From Camelus dromedarius (lineage: Eukaryota): a DNA stretch of 64,000 bases. The stretch is from the NCBI RefSeq assembly GCF_036321535.1, contig NC_087436.1, positions 120,406,001 through 120,470,000 of the forward strand. The letters run 5' to 3'. Position numbers and translations under genes: made by a program. The notes under the pieces were generated by a model. The model saw only the letters and a program-made list of their open reading frames with translations. It made no database searches and had not been told where the DNA came from. Positions 29,681 to 42,449 of the stretch are shown one piece after another; position 1 is the first letter of the stretch, and every line of letters starts with the position of its first letter.

Positions 29681-30744
29681 CAAAGAGAAATAGACGGTTG
29701 GGAAGGATGGGTGCCAGAGGGGCCCAGAGCCTCCCGGTGTGCAGTCGTGCCGTCCCTCACCCACCCTCCCTGCCCGTGGCAGCAGGCTGGACGCTGCCTG
29801 AGTGAGTGACTGTGCCAGTGTGTCCAGGTGACATCATCACACAGGCATTTCCCGAGCCTGCAGGGATGGGGCAGGGGGTCCTGTGTGCTGTGGCCTGGGA
29901 AGAAAGGGATGTGCTAGGGTGACACGGGATGTGAAGGAGCAGCCAGCGGGAGGCTGTAAGTGCTATTAATTGAGCACCGTCCAGGCAGCCTCGCTGGTCA
30001 CTCTTGGTCCCCCTGCGTGAGGTCAGCATCTTCCCCCTTCACAGGTGAGGAAATGGAGTCTCAGACAGCTGGGTCGTCGCTCAAGGCTGACGGCTGGTGA
30101 GTGGCCAATCTGTGACTTGGACGGACCCCATGGTCTCAAGGACACTTTCCAACACAGACTCTGGCTGATACAGACTGGAAACTTGTCCCTTTGCCTGTTC
30201 TGGATGTATGCAGTGGTGCTCAATAAATGCTCCTGGCCTTATCTCCTCGAGGGCAGGATTCATGTCTACTCTGTTCCTATTCAGCCAGCCCAGGACGGAC
30301 TCCTTTGGGTAGTGGTTAAGGGGTGGGGACAGGGGCTGCGATGCTCTGAGCCATGAGGCTGTGTCCCCACAGTGCTATTCACTCAACCGATGTGGGCACA
30401 TTTCATGCTCTCCCTGGGCCTCAGTCTCCCCACCAGTATGACAGAGGCGGGTGTTTTCTGAGACCTGCCTGGCTTTGCTTCTCTGGTCTGTGGTGACAAA
30501 GGGAAAAGCAAGTTTTCGTCCTGGGAGCCTGGCCCCCCTGCAGCTGCTGAGGTCGGCACTGTGCTCTCAGCATCCCAGCCTCTGCCCCGGCTCAGCTGGA
30601 GGCCAGGGGCCTCCCCAGTTCACCCCTCTCCCCACCAGAAAGGTTCCCAGGACTGGAAATCTGAGAAGAACTCTCATCCTGGCCCAGGAACAGACCACGG
30701 GCACCAAGACTGTCTGCTGGGTGGGACAGTGGCCACAGTGTAGA

Positions 30745-30930
30745 CATGGACACACACCCAGGCAGAGGGTCACACACACATCTCACACATATGCATGCAT
30801 GCACTGCACACACACGAACACGCACCCGCACACCCAAAGCAACACACACCCCCATTAACACACGCATGCGTGCACACACCCTGCGCATGCATACACACGT
30901 GCACGACGTGCACATGGGCACACACTCACG
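30745..30930. repeat. Degenerate (CA)n / alternating purine-pyrimidine tract
   Basis: cacacac/atgcatgc/gtgcacg runs. Confidence 0.8.
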
Positions 30931-31564
30931 TCGCTCTGAAACAGCTGCTCAAAGTTCTGCCCTCCGCCCAGTCGAGGAAAGGAAAGGTCGCCCAGAGCCC
31001 CCCACCACGGTGTGCGTGCTGGAGAACTTGCCTCCAGGTTCTGAAAGAAAGATGTACAGGCATAATGTTTACAAAAGTGGCATCATAGGGCCCCTCTGGG
31101 AGTGACCTCCTTTGTCACCGGAGGCACGGTGTCACTTTCCACGTGGACTGAGTAGGCTCCTGCACCCCACCGCCCGAGCCCTAGTGGCCGCCGCTGCCTC
31201 TATCCGCCCACCCGGCGGCATGAAGCCGGGCCCGGCTTTCAGCGTCATCAGCTGCGCTGTGGGAGCATCACAGCTGAACGCCCGTGCGAAGACTTAGTGC
31301 CTATCTCCTCGGGGATAAGTTCCTGTCGTGAGTAGCACTCCTCCCGCTAGAGAAACCTGTCCCTGTCCGTCCACCTGCCCGGGGCCCCCCGAGGCACCCA
31401 GCACAGGGTCAGGACACAGACTGCGCTCTGATGACACGGGCGCTCCGTTTCGAAGGACAGCAGCGGGGACACAGGCCTGGAGGGGGCACTGGGGGCAGTG
31501 TGGAGGCGACGGAACAGGAGGGTGACTCTGCTCGGAGCAGGAGGCCCTCATTGCCGGTAAAGGT

Positions 31565-31690
31565 TTAAATTTTTTAAATTCTGGTAAAATATATACAACG
31601 TAGAATTTATCTTTTGTATCATTTTTAGGTGTACAGGTCTTGGCATTAAGCACATTCATAATCATCACCACCATCCATCTCCAGACAGAC
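31565..31690 (-). mobile_element. Short L1MB-like 3' end fragment
   Basis: ggtaaaatatatacaac...tttttaggtgtacag...ggcattaagcacattca...accaccatccatctccaga. Confidence 0.55.
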
Positions 31691-33167
31691 ATGTCACCCC
31701 AGGGAGGCTGGGAAATGGGGACCTGGGGGCTGGGGGAGCCCCTGGAGATGGAGCGCCGAGGGCCTGGGCTGCGCCCTGGGGAGGCTGCGGAGCCCTGCCT
31801 GCACACTGGGGCGCCAGCCCCGGCCTGCAGGAAGCGGGAAGGGGAGCGGGCAGGGGGCATGCCTCGGGGGTGAGGTCACCCAGGACGCCTGGGCCAGAGC
31901 AGGAGCCAAACTGCTGCATCTGCACAAAGTCAGGGAGGTTGGGTGGGGGTGACCAGTCAGCCGAGGGCGGGCCGGGAACCGCGGGCCTCAGGGCTGAAGC
32001 TCCCCATCCACACAGCAGGGAATTTACAGGGGCCCCGCCTCGCGCTGGAAGGGAGCAGCCGTGGGCTCACTCGTTCATCCGTCACCTCCTGCACCTTGCC
32101 TGGCTGGGCTGGCGTGGAACACATCACACTGAGACCTTAGGCTGAAGGGGCATCGTGTCTGCAGCTCAAAGTGCCACAAAAGTGCTGAGCCCAATGCTGG
32201 GCACCGCGGGGACACAGCCTGGTGGGCACCATCCTCTCCCAGCCCTGCCTCACCCCTCTGCTCACACAGCGGCCACCGCCATCCTTCCAGGACACGTGTC
32301 AGCTCACCCTCCAGCTCCCCAGCAGCCCTGTCACACTTGGAATCTTCGGCCTGAGCCTGCCTCTCCATCCCCACCTTTCCCTGCGTGGCCCCTGCCCGCA
32401 CCCTGACCACAGAGACCCACCTTCAGGCTCTTCTGCGGGTGGGACATTCAGGGTATGCTGAGCACCGGCCGGTGGGGTGGTCCATGACACCTCTGGCTGG
32501 ACCTGGGAGGCAGGACCTGCATCCAGCTGTAGGCAGCAGGGTCCCGGCCGTGGGCACTCTGTCCTAGGAGGCAGCCAGCCCACCGCTGGCTCCATCTCTC
32601 TGCATCTCAGCTCCCCCGCCAGACACATTTACAGCTAACAGCCACCTGGCAGCCCACGGGCAGAGCACCACCCGGAGGGAACGCAGGTGTGCGTGGGGCT
32701 GTGGGGCACAGTCCCTACTCGTCCGCAGATAGACGGCAGACAGTGACACGAGCCTGCGGGGGGACGGTGGCCCCAGAGAAGAGGCTGCCTGCACAGCCCT
32801 GTCCTGGGTCCCAGTGGTGGATCAGCACCTCTGTCCCACCCCCTTAAGCCGTAAGCTTCGAGGGCAGAGTCCCTAATGAGCCAGTGTCTGCAAGGCACAG
32901 AAAGGTTGTGGATTTTTCCTGGTTTCGAACGTCAGCTCTGCCCTTCCTGGGCTGAGCTCCCAGCCTGACCTTAGGATGGTCCCTCAGCACGTCTGCCCTC
33001 TCTCCTCACCCCGCCTTAGGTCAGTTCTCCCAGGATTGGACCTGAGTCTGACTCTGGTCCTTGTGCTGTGGGTATGGAGAGGGTCCCGTTCTTAGGACAC
33101 GACGCCGAGGAACTCAAGGGTGAAGAGGAATCATGTCTGCAATTCAGCCTCAAGTCCAGAAGGAAAT

Positions 33168-33252
33168 GTGTGTGTGGGAGAGAGAGAGACAGAGGCAGAG
33201 GGAGACAGAGAGACAGAGAGAGACAGAGACAGGGAGTCAGAGAGACAGAGAT
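33168..33252. repeat. (TG)n followed by (GA)n/(GAGACA)n simple repeat; a second (GA)n lies at about 33531-33582
   Basis: Directly visible in the sequence. Confidence 0.85.
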
Positions 33253-33789
33253 AAGACTGGTGCAACAAAATGTCCACACTGGGGAGTCGGGAGCAGGCAG
33301 ACGGCATTCCTTGGGCTAGTCTGCACCTTTTGTCCAAGTCTATAATTATCTCAAAATAAGAAGTTAGAAAAACACCGGAGCACGTGGCGTCCCTGAGGGA
33401 TGTGTGCCGGGAGAGAGGGGCCCTGGCAGGGGTGAGGGGAGGGGCGGCAGGGCAGGTGAGCAGCGGGGCGGGGTGTGGGGGGCCCGAGGAGCCAGCGCAG
33501 CCCCCTTCAAAGCTGCCAGGAAGTCCGTCTGGAGAGAGAGAGAGAGAGAGAGACCGAGATGCGGAGAGAGAGGAGGAGAGAGGGAGTGGCCAGGGCACCC
33601 TGAGGAGCGGACACTAAGGTCTGAGCCGCCCCAGGAAGGCAGAGGAGGGCCCCTGACGACCGGCAGCAGGGAGCGCGGCAGGTCGCCGGTCAGCTCCAGG
33701 CGGCCAGGGACTCAGAACCGCAGTCGAGCGGCACGTGAGCGGGGCAGGCGACGGCCAAAGTGTTGTCGGCCGGAGGAGGCGAGGCGAGC

Positions 33790-35095
33790 GGACGCCAAGA
33801 CCACTCAGTGGGGAGAGAATAGGCTTTTAGACAGACGCTGTTGGGAGCACTCGTTCCACATGAAAATGAAGGAAGCTGGAGCCCCACTTAGCGCCAGATA
33901 CAAAATCCAGTGTGGAATGGATCGCAGACCTGAAGGTAAGAGCCGAAGCTGTGAAACTCTTAGAAGAAAACACAGGACTAAACCACTGTGACCTGGGGGA
34001 GGCAAAGATTTCCTAGATGTGTCACCAAAAGCACAAGCAACAGACGGACAGATGGACCAGGTGGGCTCCATCAAAATTACCCGTTCGTGCTTCCGAGGAC
34101 GCCAGGGGAAGGCGGCTCACAGAGCTGGCGGAAATGTTGGCACATCACGTATTTGATAAGGGGGATTTTATCCAGAATGTATAAAGAACTCTCACAACTC
34201 AGTAATAAAAAAGGGCGTAGAACCCAATTTTACCACAGGCAAAGGATCTGAACAGACATTTCTCCAAAGCAAATATTCAAATGGCCAATACGCACATGGA
34301 AATATGCTCAACCTCAGGGAAATGCAAAAGCAAACCAGAGTGAGACCACCTTGTGTCTAATAGAATAACTATACTAAATTTTTAAAAGACAGAAAATAAC
34401 AAGTATTTTAACAAATACCAAAATAACAAGGAAGTGGAGAGATCGGAGCCTCACGCCTGCTGCTGGGAATGTGAAACGGCTCGGTCACTTTGGAAAACTG
34501 GCTGGCAGTTCCTCAAATGGTTACACATAGAATTCCCACGTGACTCGGCAATTCAACTCCCAGGTATGTACCCAAGTAAATGTGTGTCCACGCAAAACGT
34601 GTACATGAATATTCACAGACAGAAGATTCATATTAACCCCAAAATGGAAACAACCCAAATGACCATTAATGGATGACAATGGATTATCAAAAGATAAATA
34701 ATATGTGGCCCATGTTACTCAGCCATAAAAAGAAATGAAGCATTGATACGTGCCAAAACGTGGATGAAACTTGAAAACGATATGCTATGTGAAGGAAGCC
34801 ACACAGAAGGGCCACGAGTTGTATGGTTCCATTTGCATGAGATGTCCAGAACAGGCAAATCCACAGAGACAGGAAATAGACTGGTGCTTGCCAGGGGCTG
34901 AGCGAAGGAAGAATGGTGAGAACTAATGGGTACAGGGGTTATTTTTAGGGTGATGAAAATGTCCTAAAATGAATTGTAAAGGGTTGTACATATCTGAATA
35001 TACTTGAAAAAAAAAACCCCACTGAATTGTACTCCAAACAGGGTGAATTGTATGGCATGTGAGTTATATCCCAAAAGAGCGGCTGTATTTTTAAA
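33790..35095 (+). mobile_element. Old LINE-1 (L1MB-like) ORF2 end and 3' UTR
   Basis: Typical L1 3' motifs: atctgaacagacatttctccaaag, cagccataaaaagaaatgaag, ggcaaatccacagagacag, gggtgatgaaaatgt, gtgagttatatc. Confidence 0.8.
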
Positions 35096-36149
35096 ACCAA
35101 GGGGGATTGTTAGAAACTGAGATTTCAAAGGTGGAGCAGTTGCTGGTGATACAGGAACCAGACTGTGGAGTCAGGACCAGGGAGGGATGGAGGAGGAAGT
35201 CCCTGCCATGAGGAGTCCTGGGAACAGGACACCGGATGTGCCATCCACGCAGAGTCACGCGGTGGGGTGGGGACTGACATCAGGGCTCGGGAGGAAGGGC
35301 GGGGGCGGGATGGGGCCGGGGGGTGGATGAAAGTCAGAGAGATGACAGATAGGTGGGGGGTCATGGGCTTCAGCTAGAGATCATTGTCCACAGGGGTGGG
35401 AGGTGTGGGGTGCTTCTAGTTCTAAGGGGCTTGGAGGACGTGGCATTCAGGCTGAGAGGTGGGGGGGGGGAAGGGGTCCTGGTTCTGTACCACCCGGTCA
35501 GCTGGTCACCTGGCAGCAGCTGAGAGAGATGTAGTTAACAAGAGAGCAAGAGCCCAGTGTGCCCATTTTAAAGGAGAGTAGACCGAGGGTCAGAGAGGAG
35601 ACAGGACACCAACACAGGCACACAGCAGGACGTGGCAGAACCTAAGCACTGGGTTTGGAGCCAGCTGCGTCGTGGAGCTGGCCCACGGTTGTACTACATG
35701 CTTCCTCCCAGAGCACCAGCATCGGCCACGCCCAGGCCTCCCGCAGGGATGCCAGAGACAACCAGATGCTCCCCGGACATGTGCTGCCCAGGGAGTGCCA
35801 GTGGGCTCGCCAGGCTGGCTGGGCAGGGTGGGGTCCACACAGGTGCTGGATGTCCAGTGTGGCCAGGCTCTGGCTCCAGCACACACACAGCACCTGGGGA
35901 GGGACTGCCTGGGGGCACAGGCTCTGTAGTCACACAGACCCGAGTTCAAATCCTAGCCTTGGGTGAGTCTTGGTGATCTCTGGGTCTCACCTGCAAAAAG
36001 GGAAACCTGTGGTGGCATTAAAAGCGCCCAGCACATGGTAGGCACTCTGTAAATGGTAGGTGCATAACTCCCACCAGTTGGCTGAATTCTCCTTGTGAAT
36101 CTATGTTTATTGTCAAAGTCTGCCTGGGCACAGCCCCTGTACAACAATC

Positions 36150-36560
36150 TCAGTGGAAGGTAACCACAGGAAACGCAAAACAAGCTGACTTCAGCGTTAT
36201 GGAGGATTTACTGGTTCAGTCGACTGACAGCTTAGAAACAACAGCTTCAGGCATGGCATGATCCAGCTTGAGACCAGCTTGCTTTCTCTACTTTTCTCAG
36301 TTCCACTTCTCAGGTGGCTGCATTACAAGGCAGCCTCTCCCCTCAAGGTCACCAGATGCTGCCAGTCACACTTTTCCTGGTTCCCTCACTGAGGGAAAGA
36401 GTCTGTCTGGGCAGAAGAAAACATTTCTTCCTGACAGTACCAGTGAAGCTTCTTATGTGGATTGGCTCTCATTGGTTAAAGGACCCACCCCTGAACCAAT
36501 CATGGGGGAGGGGGCAGGATAGGCTGATGAGCTCAGCCAATCAGGGCTCACCCTTGAAAG
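36150..36560. mobile_element. Probable old MLT1 (J/K/L-like) LTR remnant
   Basis: gattggctctcattgg...cacccctgaaccaatca and ggatttactggttca motifs; orientation uncertain. Confidence 0.4.
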
Positions 36561-37879
36561 GCACTGGGTTCAGACCCACCTGAGATTTCTTGATCAAGGA
36601 CAGGAAACCAGGCTCCAGTTGATTGGAAAAAATGGGAATGTTTCTAGAAAGGCACCAAAAAAGGCTCCAGAACTTATACTGGCACGGGGTGGGGGCAGGA
36701 GGTCTGCCCTGGGTCCAGGCCGAGGGGCCAAGGGAGCCACGGGGGAGCCCAGCCCCGCAGGAGGGCGGGGGCTGTGAAGGCCGGCCAGTCCTAGGTGTGC
36801 GGGCTGCCCCGGTGGGGGTGTGAGAGGGGCTCCCCTCCCTGAAGGAGTGCCAGCCCATCAGGAGGGTGCTCGGTGGGGCCCCAGCCTCTTGCAGGGCTCC
36901 CTCTCCCCGGGAGCATCTCATCTTTGTGACTGTGTGACCTCAGCCTCCGACAGGCCACTCCCCAAACCAGGGCCCAGCGTGTGGCCTGCTGGTCAGCACC
37001 AGGGTCTGCCCTGCCCTGGCTGTGTGACCTTGGACAGTCACCACCTCTCTGAGACTGTAACATGGGGTGGAAGGAGATTCCCCCCAGCGAGGGTAAAACC
37101 ACGCCTGGGCACAGGGCAGGTGGGGGTGGGCTTGACATTAGGACCACTGCGGGGGTGTTCCAGGAGTACTTGCGTCCCATTAGCAGCACTAAAGCAGGGA
37201 GGGGCACCCCCAAGGGCCAGCAGGCGGCCTCCTACCTGGCTCATCTTCAGTCTGGCAGGCTGCTGGGACCATGTGGACACAGCTCAGTGGTCCTGATGAG
37301 ATGCTTGGCCCTGGGAGCGAGGGGAGAGGGTGTCGGGTCCCCACCCATTACTCCCACCAAGCCTACCCATTCCTGACCCCCTGGGTAGCCAGAGTGACTT
37401 TCTGGGCATCGACTTGCCCCCAGCTCTGGTGAGGATGGAGAAGGGCCGGGGGTGCTGAAAGGCTGGCAGCTCCTCAGAAGGGCCCGCGGAGCAGCCCCCA
37501 GGACAGCAGCACCATCAGCGGGGGGTGAGCGGGCAGCCTGGGGAGGGCTGCCTTGCCGGCTGGGATGGACAGGGCGCGCCCTCCCAGGATGCAGAGGCCG
37601 CCCTGGTCCAGACGGAGGTCCACGTCCCACTCCTGTCAGGGCAGGGGTGGGGTGGGGTGGGGTGTTTTCCAAGAAGGGCTTGGGCTGCAGACAGTCACAG
37701 TTGAGGACTGTTATCTTAAAAGACAGGAAAAGGACCAAGCCCTCCTGGCCTGGAGGCCCTGATTTCATCATTTCAATCAGCTGAGGCCCCTTTAAGACGT
37801 CTGCCCTTCCTATCTTGTGTCTGATTTCCCTCACTAAGCCTCAGTGTCAGCTGGTCCAAACCAGCTTTTGTAGGAGAAG

Positions 37880-38000
37880 CATGATGCCTGGGTTCCAATC
37901 CCCATTCTGGAGCTTCCTGCTCGCTGTGTGACCTTGGGCAAGTTACTGAACCTCTCTGTGCCCTGCTGCCTTCATCTGTGAAATGGGCATGTCAACTGGA
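37880..38000 (+). mobile_element. MIR SINE (one of many; others near 14990, 17270, 20730, 22990, 27100, 38190, 40190, 44930, 46375, 52700, 57980)
   Basis: gctgtgtgaccttgggcaagttactgaacctctctgtgcc...catctgtgaaatggg is the MIR core. Confidence 0.7.
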
Positions 38001-38542
38001 GGGCATCCTCCTTCGGAGGATGTGGCGAGTATTAGACACCAGTGGTGTCTGCCGACACACAGTAGAGGCTGAGTCCGCGTGCCCTTTTGTTGTCAGCTGG
38101 CCTGGCATCTTAGCAACCCACCTCCCTCCTGGGTCTCAGTTTTTCCTTCTATAAAATGGATGTGGAACAGAAGCATGGTGCTGGGGAAAGAGCATGAGCT
38201 TTGGGGTCAGACCCAACTATTTTCTAATCCCGGGTCCATCACCTAATGGCTTCGGGGCCTTGGGAAGGCCACTTACCGTCTCCCAGCTCTGTGTTCTGCT
38301 CTCAGGAGATGGGTTAACTGGTGTTTTTCCTGGAACTTAAAGAAACTCTCCAAGAAAGGGCAAAGCTGGGCAGGCAGGCGGGACTGAAGAGTGGCTGTCT
38401 CCCAGGGCTGGGACTCGGCCCCAAGGTGCAGTGGGGTGCCTCCTTCTCCAGGCCATTGTCCCCCGACCCCTCCAGCTGCTTCCGCAACTTGCTCCCACTG
38501 CCCGCTCTATGTCAGCCACGTGCGTGTTCAGCCCTCCCCTCC

Positions 38543-39045
38543 TGTATTCATTTTCTGTGCTGCAGAACAAATCCCCACAAACCTAGTGGCTTGAAACAGT
38601 GCCCGTTCATCATCTCCTGGTCTCCGTGGGGCAAGAGCCAGCACGTTTTAGCTGGTCCTCGCTCAGGGTCTCACATGGCCGCTGGCCGCATCCCTGACTG
38701 GTGGCTCAGTTGGGGAGATGTCTCCAGGTCCTTCAGGTTGTTGGCAGAATTAATTTCCTTGTGGTTGTAGGACTGAGGTCCCCGTTATCTTGTGGGCAAT
38801 CAGCTGGGGGTTCTCAGCTCCTAGAGGCCACCCCCAGATACTTACCTTGTGGTCCCCTCCACGAGTCCCTCACATTTCCAATATCTGTACACTTTGAGCC
38901 TCTGACTTCAGGAAGGGCCCAGTCCCTCTTAAGGGCTTGCCTGATTAGGTCAGGCCCACCGAAATTCACGGGGAAGGGAATTATGAAGCGACTGTACACC
39001 AGGGGGCAGGAATCTAGGGAGCCGTCTTACAAATCTCCCTACCGC
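38543..39045 (-). mobile_element. MaLR MLT1-type LTR remnant
   Basis: tgtattcattttct...ccacaaacctagtggcttgaaaca...caggttgttggcagaatt...gttgtaggactgaggtccc...gattaggtcaggcccacc. Confidence 0.65.
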
Positions 39046-42000
39046 CCCCTTTGGTGCTTAGGAATCCCAGGAGGACGTTTCCTTCTCATTCTCCAGACAG
39101 ATAGAAAACCGAGACCCAAGTCACATACAGAAAAAACATGTGAGGGCCAGCCTCTGACATCTGCAGCCTTCTTTTGTAGACAACACAGCCTCCTGGGGTC
39201 TAGCAAGTCCAAAGGTGGGAGTTACAGGAGCAGCATTTAGCTCAGCTGAAGGAGGAACAGTCTAACCAAGGGAAGGACTGCCTTCACCAGGATGTGCGGG
39301 CAGAGCTGGCTGGCCTCGCCAGTGGGCCTGGGAAGGGAAGGCGCAGCCCTGCTGGTCTCAGCCACGGGGCAGCTTCTTTCAGCTCAGTCTCCGAGACATT
39401 CCTTCCTGACACCTGGGACTGTCGTCGGCTGGAAAATGCTGAGCCCAGCAGGAGGTGATCAGAGCTGGACTGCAGGGAGCTCCCGACTCCGCTGCCTTTG
39501 TGACTGGGTCAGAGGTGGACGTGAGAACCATCAGAGCCAATAAGATACACTTAGACTTTTGCTGGGCCCCTTAGAGGATGTGGGTCTGGTGCTGCTGACA
39601 GCCGTCACGCAATCCCAAGAGCCCAAGAACGAAACCAGCATCATGAGGAGCACGGCCCAGACAGGCCGGAGGACACTGGGGCTTCCTGGATCAGGCAGCG
39701 CAGCCTGGACCTACCAGGCGCTGATGAGCCCCCTTTTGCTGAAGCCAGTTGGAGCCGGGCTTTCTGCCCCTTACCTGCCAACGACTTGGGGCCAAGGCGC
39801 CGCCTTGCGCCTGCACCCCTGCAGGACCCCCACCGGGTCTCCCACATTCTGCACACCGCCTGCCGGTGCACACCACCAGCCGAGGCCTTCACGCAGCCAG
39901 AGCAGAATGTGCTGCAGCCTGACCTCCTCTGGGGTCCCCACCGCCCTGGAGAGAAGGCCTGCCTTCCTCAGCCCAGCTGGCCCCCTTGGCATCCCTGCGC
40001 CCTTTCCTTGGGCTCCCCGTCTTCCTGCTGTATCCAGCAAACTCCTCCCCAGCATTCAGAGCCCACTCGGGGAACGCCCTCCTTCCCCTGGCTCCCGCCC
40101 AGCCCCCAGGCTTCCCTCTGTCCCAGCCTCCCCTGTGCACGCTGCCCCAGTATAGCTGGCCTGAGACAGTGTGTGGACTGGCCATGGGCACGTGCTCTGG
40201 AGCCAGATAGCCTGGGTCCAAATCTTGCTGTTTCAAGCAGGCTGTGTGCCTTTGGGCAAGTTACTCCACCTCTCTGTGCCTTGGCTGCCTTGCCTGCAAA
40301 ATGGGGACCACAACAGCACCTATTCCACAGGGCCCCCAACCAGCCCTGAGTGCTCCCTGGGCTGTCCTGTACCTCTCCCTCTCCCCCGCGAGGCCAGGGG
40401 CCAGGGGTAGGGAGGGAAGTCTCCTCTCAAGGGACTCGCTTCCTCCAAGTGTGGTGAGGGCCGACGGAGGGGAGGAGCTGAAGGCAGTGTGTCCCACCCA
40501 CCCCGATCCCCTCCCCACCCACCCTGAGCAGGGGCCCACCCTCTGAGTCACCCACTAGTGCGGGCTGATGAGTCTTACTGCAGGCCGAGGTGTGGCCAGG
40601 ATGGTCTTCGAAGTCCCCGAAGTGACATAAGATATGACCTCATCAAACGAGAAGCCCTAGACAAAGCTGGGTCAAAGGGCAGAGCCCGCCCAGAGCTTGG
40701 AAGGCACGACCTGGGGACCAAGGGCCAGCTGTCCATCCGGCTCCGTGCAGAGATGGAGACATGGGATGCGAGTGCCCCGGGGAGGCTGCAGACGTGGTCC
40801 AGCTGAGGGCCCGCCTGGACGGACTCTGCTCCATTCCAGTCAGTGTAAGTAACACCGGCTGACGCCCAGCGCGGCCAGCGCGGGGGAAATGAGACACGAT
40901 CCCTCTTGGGGCTAACATCTGGGTCGCATCTGGCATGACCCAGATGGTGACCACACTCTGATTGCAACCAGGGGCAAGGTCACTTTCTCTAGCAAAACCC
41001 CCTACCTGCACATGCAGTCTTGAGCCCCACAGAAAGTATCCCCTTTGCCCAAGAATGTTGGGGTGCTTCCCAGAGGGCGCTTCTCCTGCGCTCACAAACG
41101 AGGCGGAGTCTGCAGGGAGCACCACTGCCCTCCACCCACCGCTGCTCTGCCCGGTGGTAGGGAATCAACCCCCCGTGTTCCCGCACCCGCCTGGACGTGC
41201 TGGGCGGCCCCACAGGCCCACGGGCCCCGGGCTACTGGGATACCGCCTCGGGCCCCTGGGCTGTTTTATGAGAGGATCCCAAAGCATAGCACCTGGGGCC
41301 CTCGTTGACACGGCTCTGATGACCCTCAGTCCTCACACCCCTCTCCCCTCTTCTGGAACCTCCTCACCCTGCTGTGTTGTGTGCCACCAGTCACATGGGC
41401 TGACCCAAGTCCAGGCACTGAGCAAAGGCTCACGGAGCTCCTCCCCTGCGGTATAAGGTGTCACATCGGGGGGGACCGGTGTGGGGGAGGCATCCTCACC
41501 GGTGAGTGAGGCCAGTTCTCATCAACTCCAGTGTCACACGCCTCTGCTCCTGAATTAGCTTCTAGGATGTTCTGCCCACCTGGGCACCTGTGCAGAGCTC
41601 CCCTGCTCCCCAGGGCCCAGTTCGCATCCCACCTGCTGATGAATGGAGCTTCTGGCAGGATCTCTGGGCTGGCTTGGCCCTCGTTCCCACTGAGAGTGAT
41701 TTCCTGGGGGGCCACAGGACCCGCTGTGTGTGGGGGTTGTCAGGACTTCCCACAGGCAGCATCCTTTCTGAGGCTCCCTGGAGGACACCTCCTTCCTCTT
41801 AGAAGTGAGAAGTTAGGCTGCTTTGAAGTCACAGCTTGTTTTTGTCACTTGGGCATCACACTTTCCTCTTTGCCTTGGCTGCCAGGAAGCCTGGAGCCAG
41901 ATTTACAGGCACTAAAACGTCGCATCTCATGACAAGAATTTGCACACTTGCTCCGCCTCTGGCTTCGCATTCCTTCTCTACCGCTCTTCTCTGCTTTACT

Positions 42001-42433
42001 TGATTTCTCTTCCTTTCTTTTTATCTTGTTCTTGTTTGTAAAGCACCTTAAGTATTGAGGGGCAATGGGGAGTAAATACAAATGAATGAGTGATTACTTT
42101 CTGCGGATAAAACAGGCCTCCCAGCATCTGTTGAATGGACTGTGATGCTACAGGAGAGAGGGCCCGACATGGTGCCTGAACATGCCAGCGGGATCTGGAA
42201 ACCTGGACGCCACTGACAGACAAGCCTCCCGCCCCCCGTGCTCCCTGACTGTAGGAGGAACCTCCACCTTCCTCGAAGCACCAGCTGGGAGCATCCCAGG
42301 CCTTCAGGAATGCTCACCCACAGGAGCAGCAGGGCTCTGGGAGAGACTCAGATTCTGGGGAAGGGGCTCCTGGAGAGGCGGGAAACTCCTGAAGGCTCCG
42401 GGTTTGCTGAGCCTGAGGCAGGACCCAGCGGGA

Positions 42434-42449
42434 GCAGCAGGGGGCGCTG
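42434..42449 (+). promoter_or_regulatory. Candidate CTCF site GCAGCAGGGGGCGCTG
   Basis: One mismatch to the CTCF core consensus; a weaker copy lies at 42591-42605. Confidence 0.5.
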
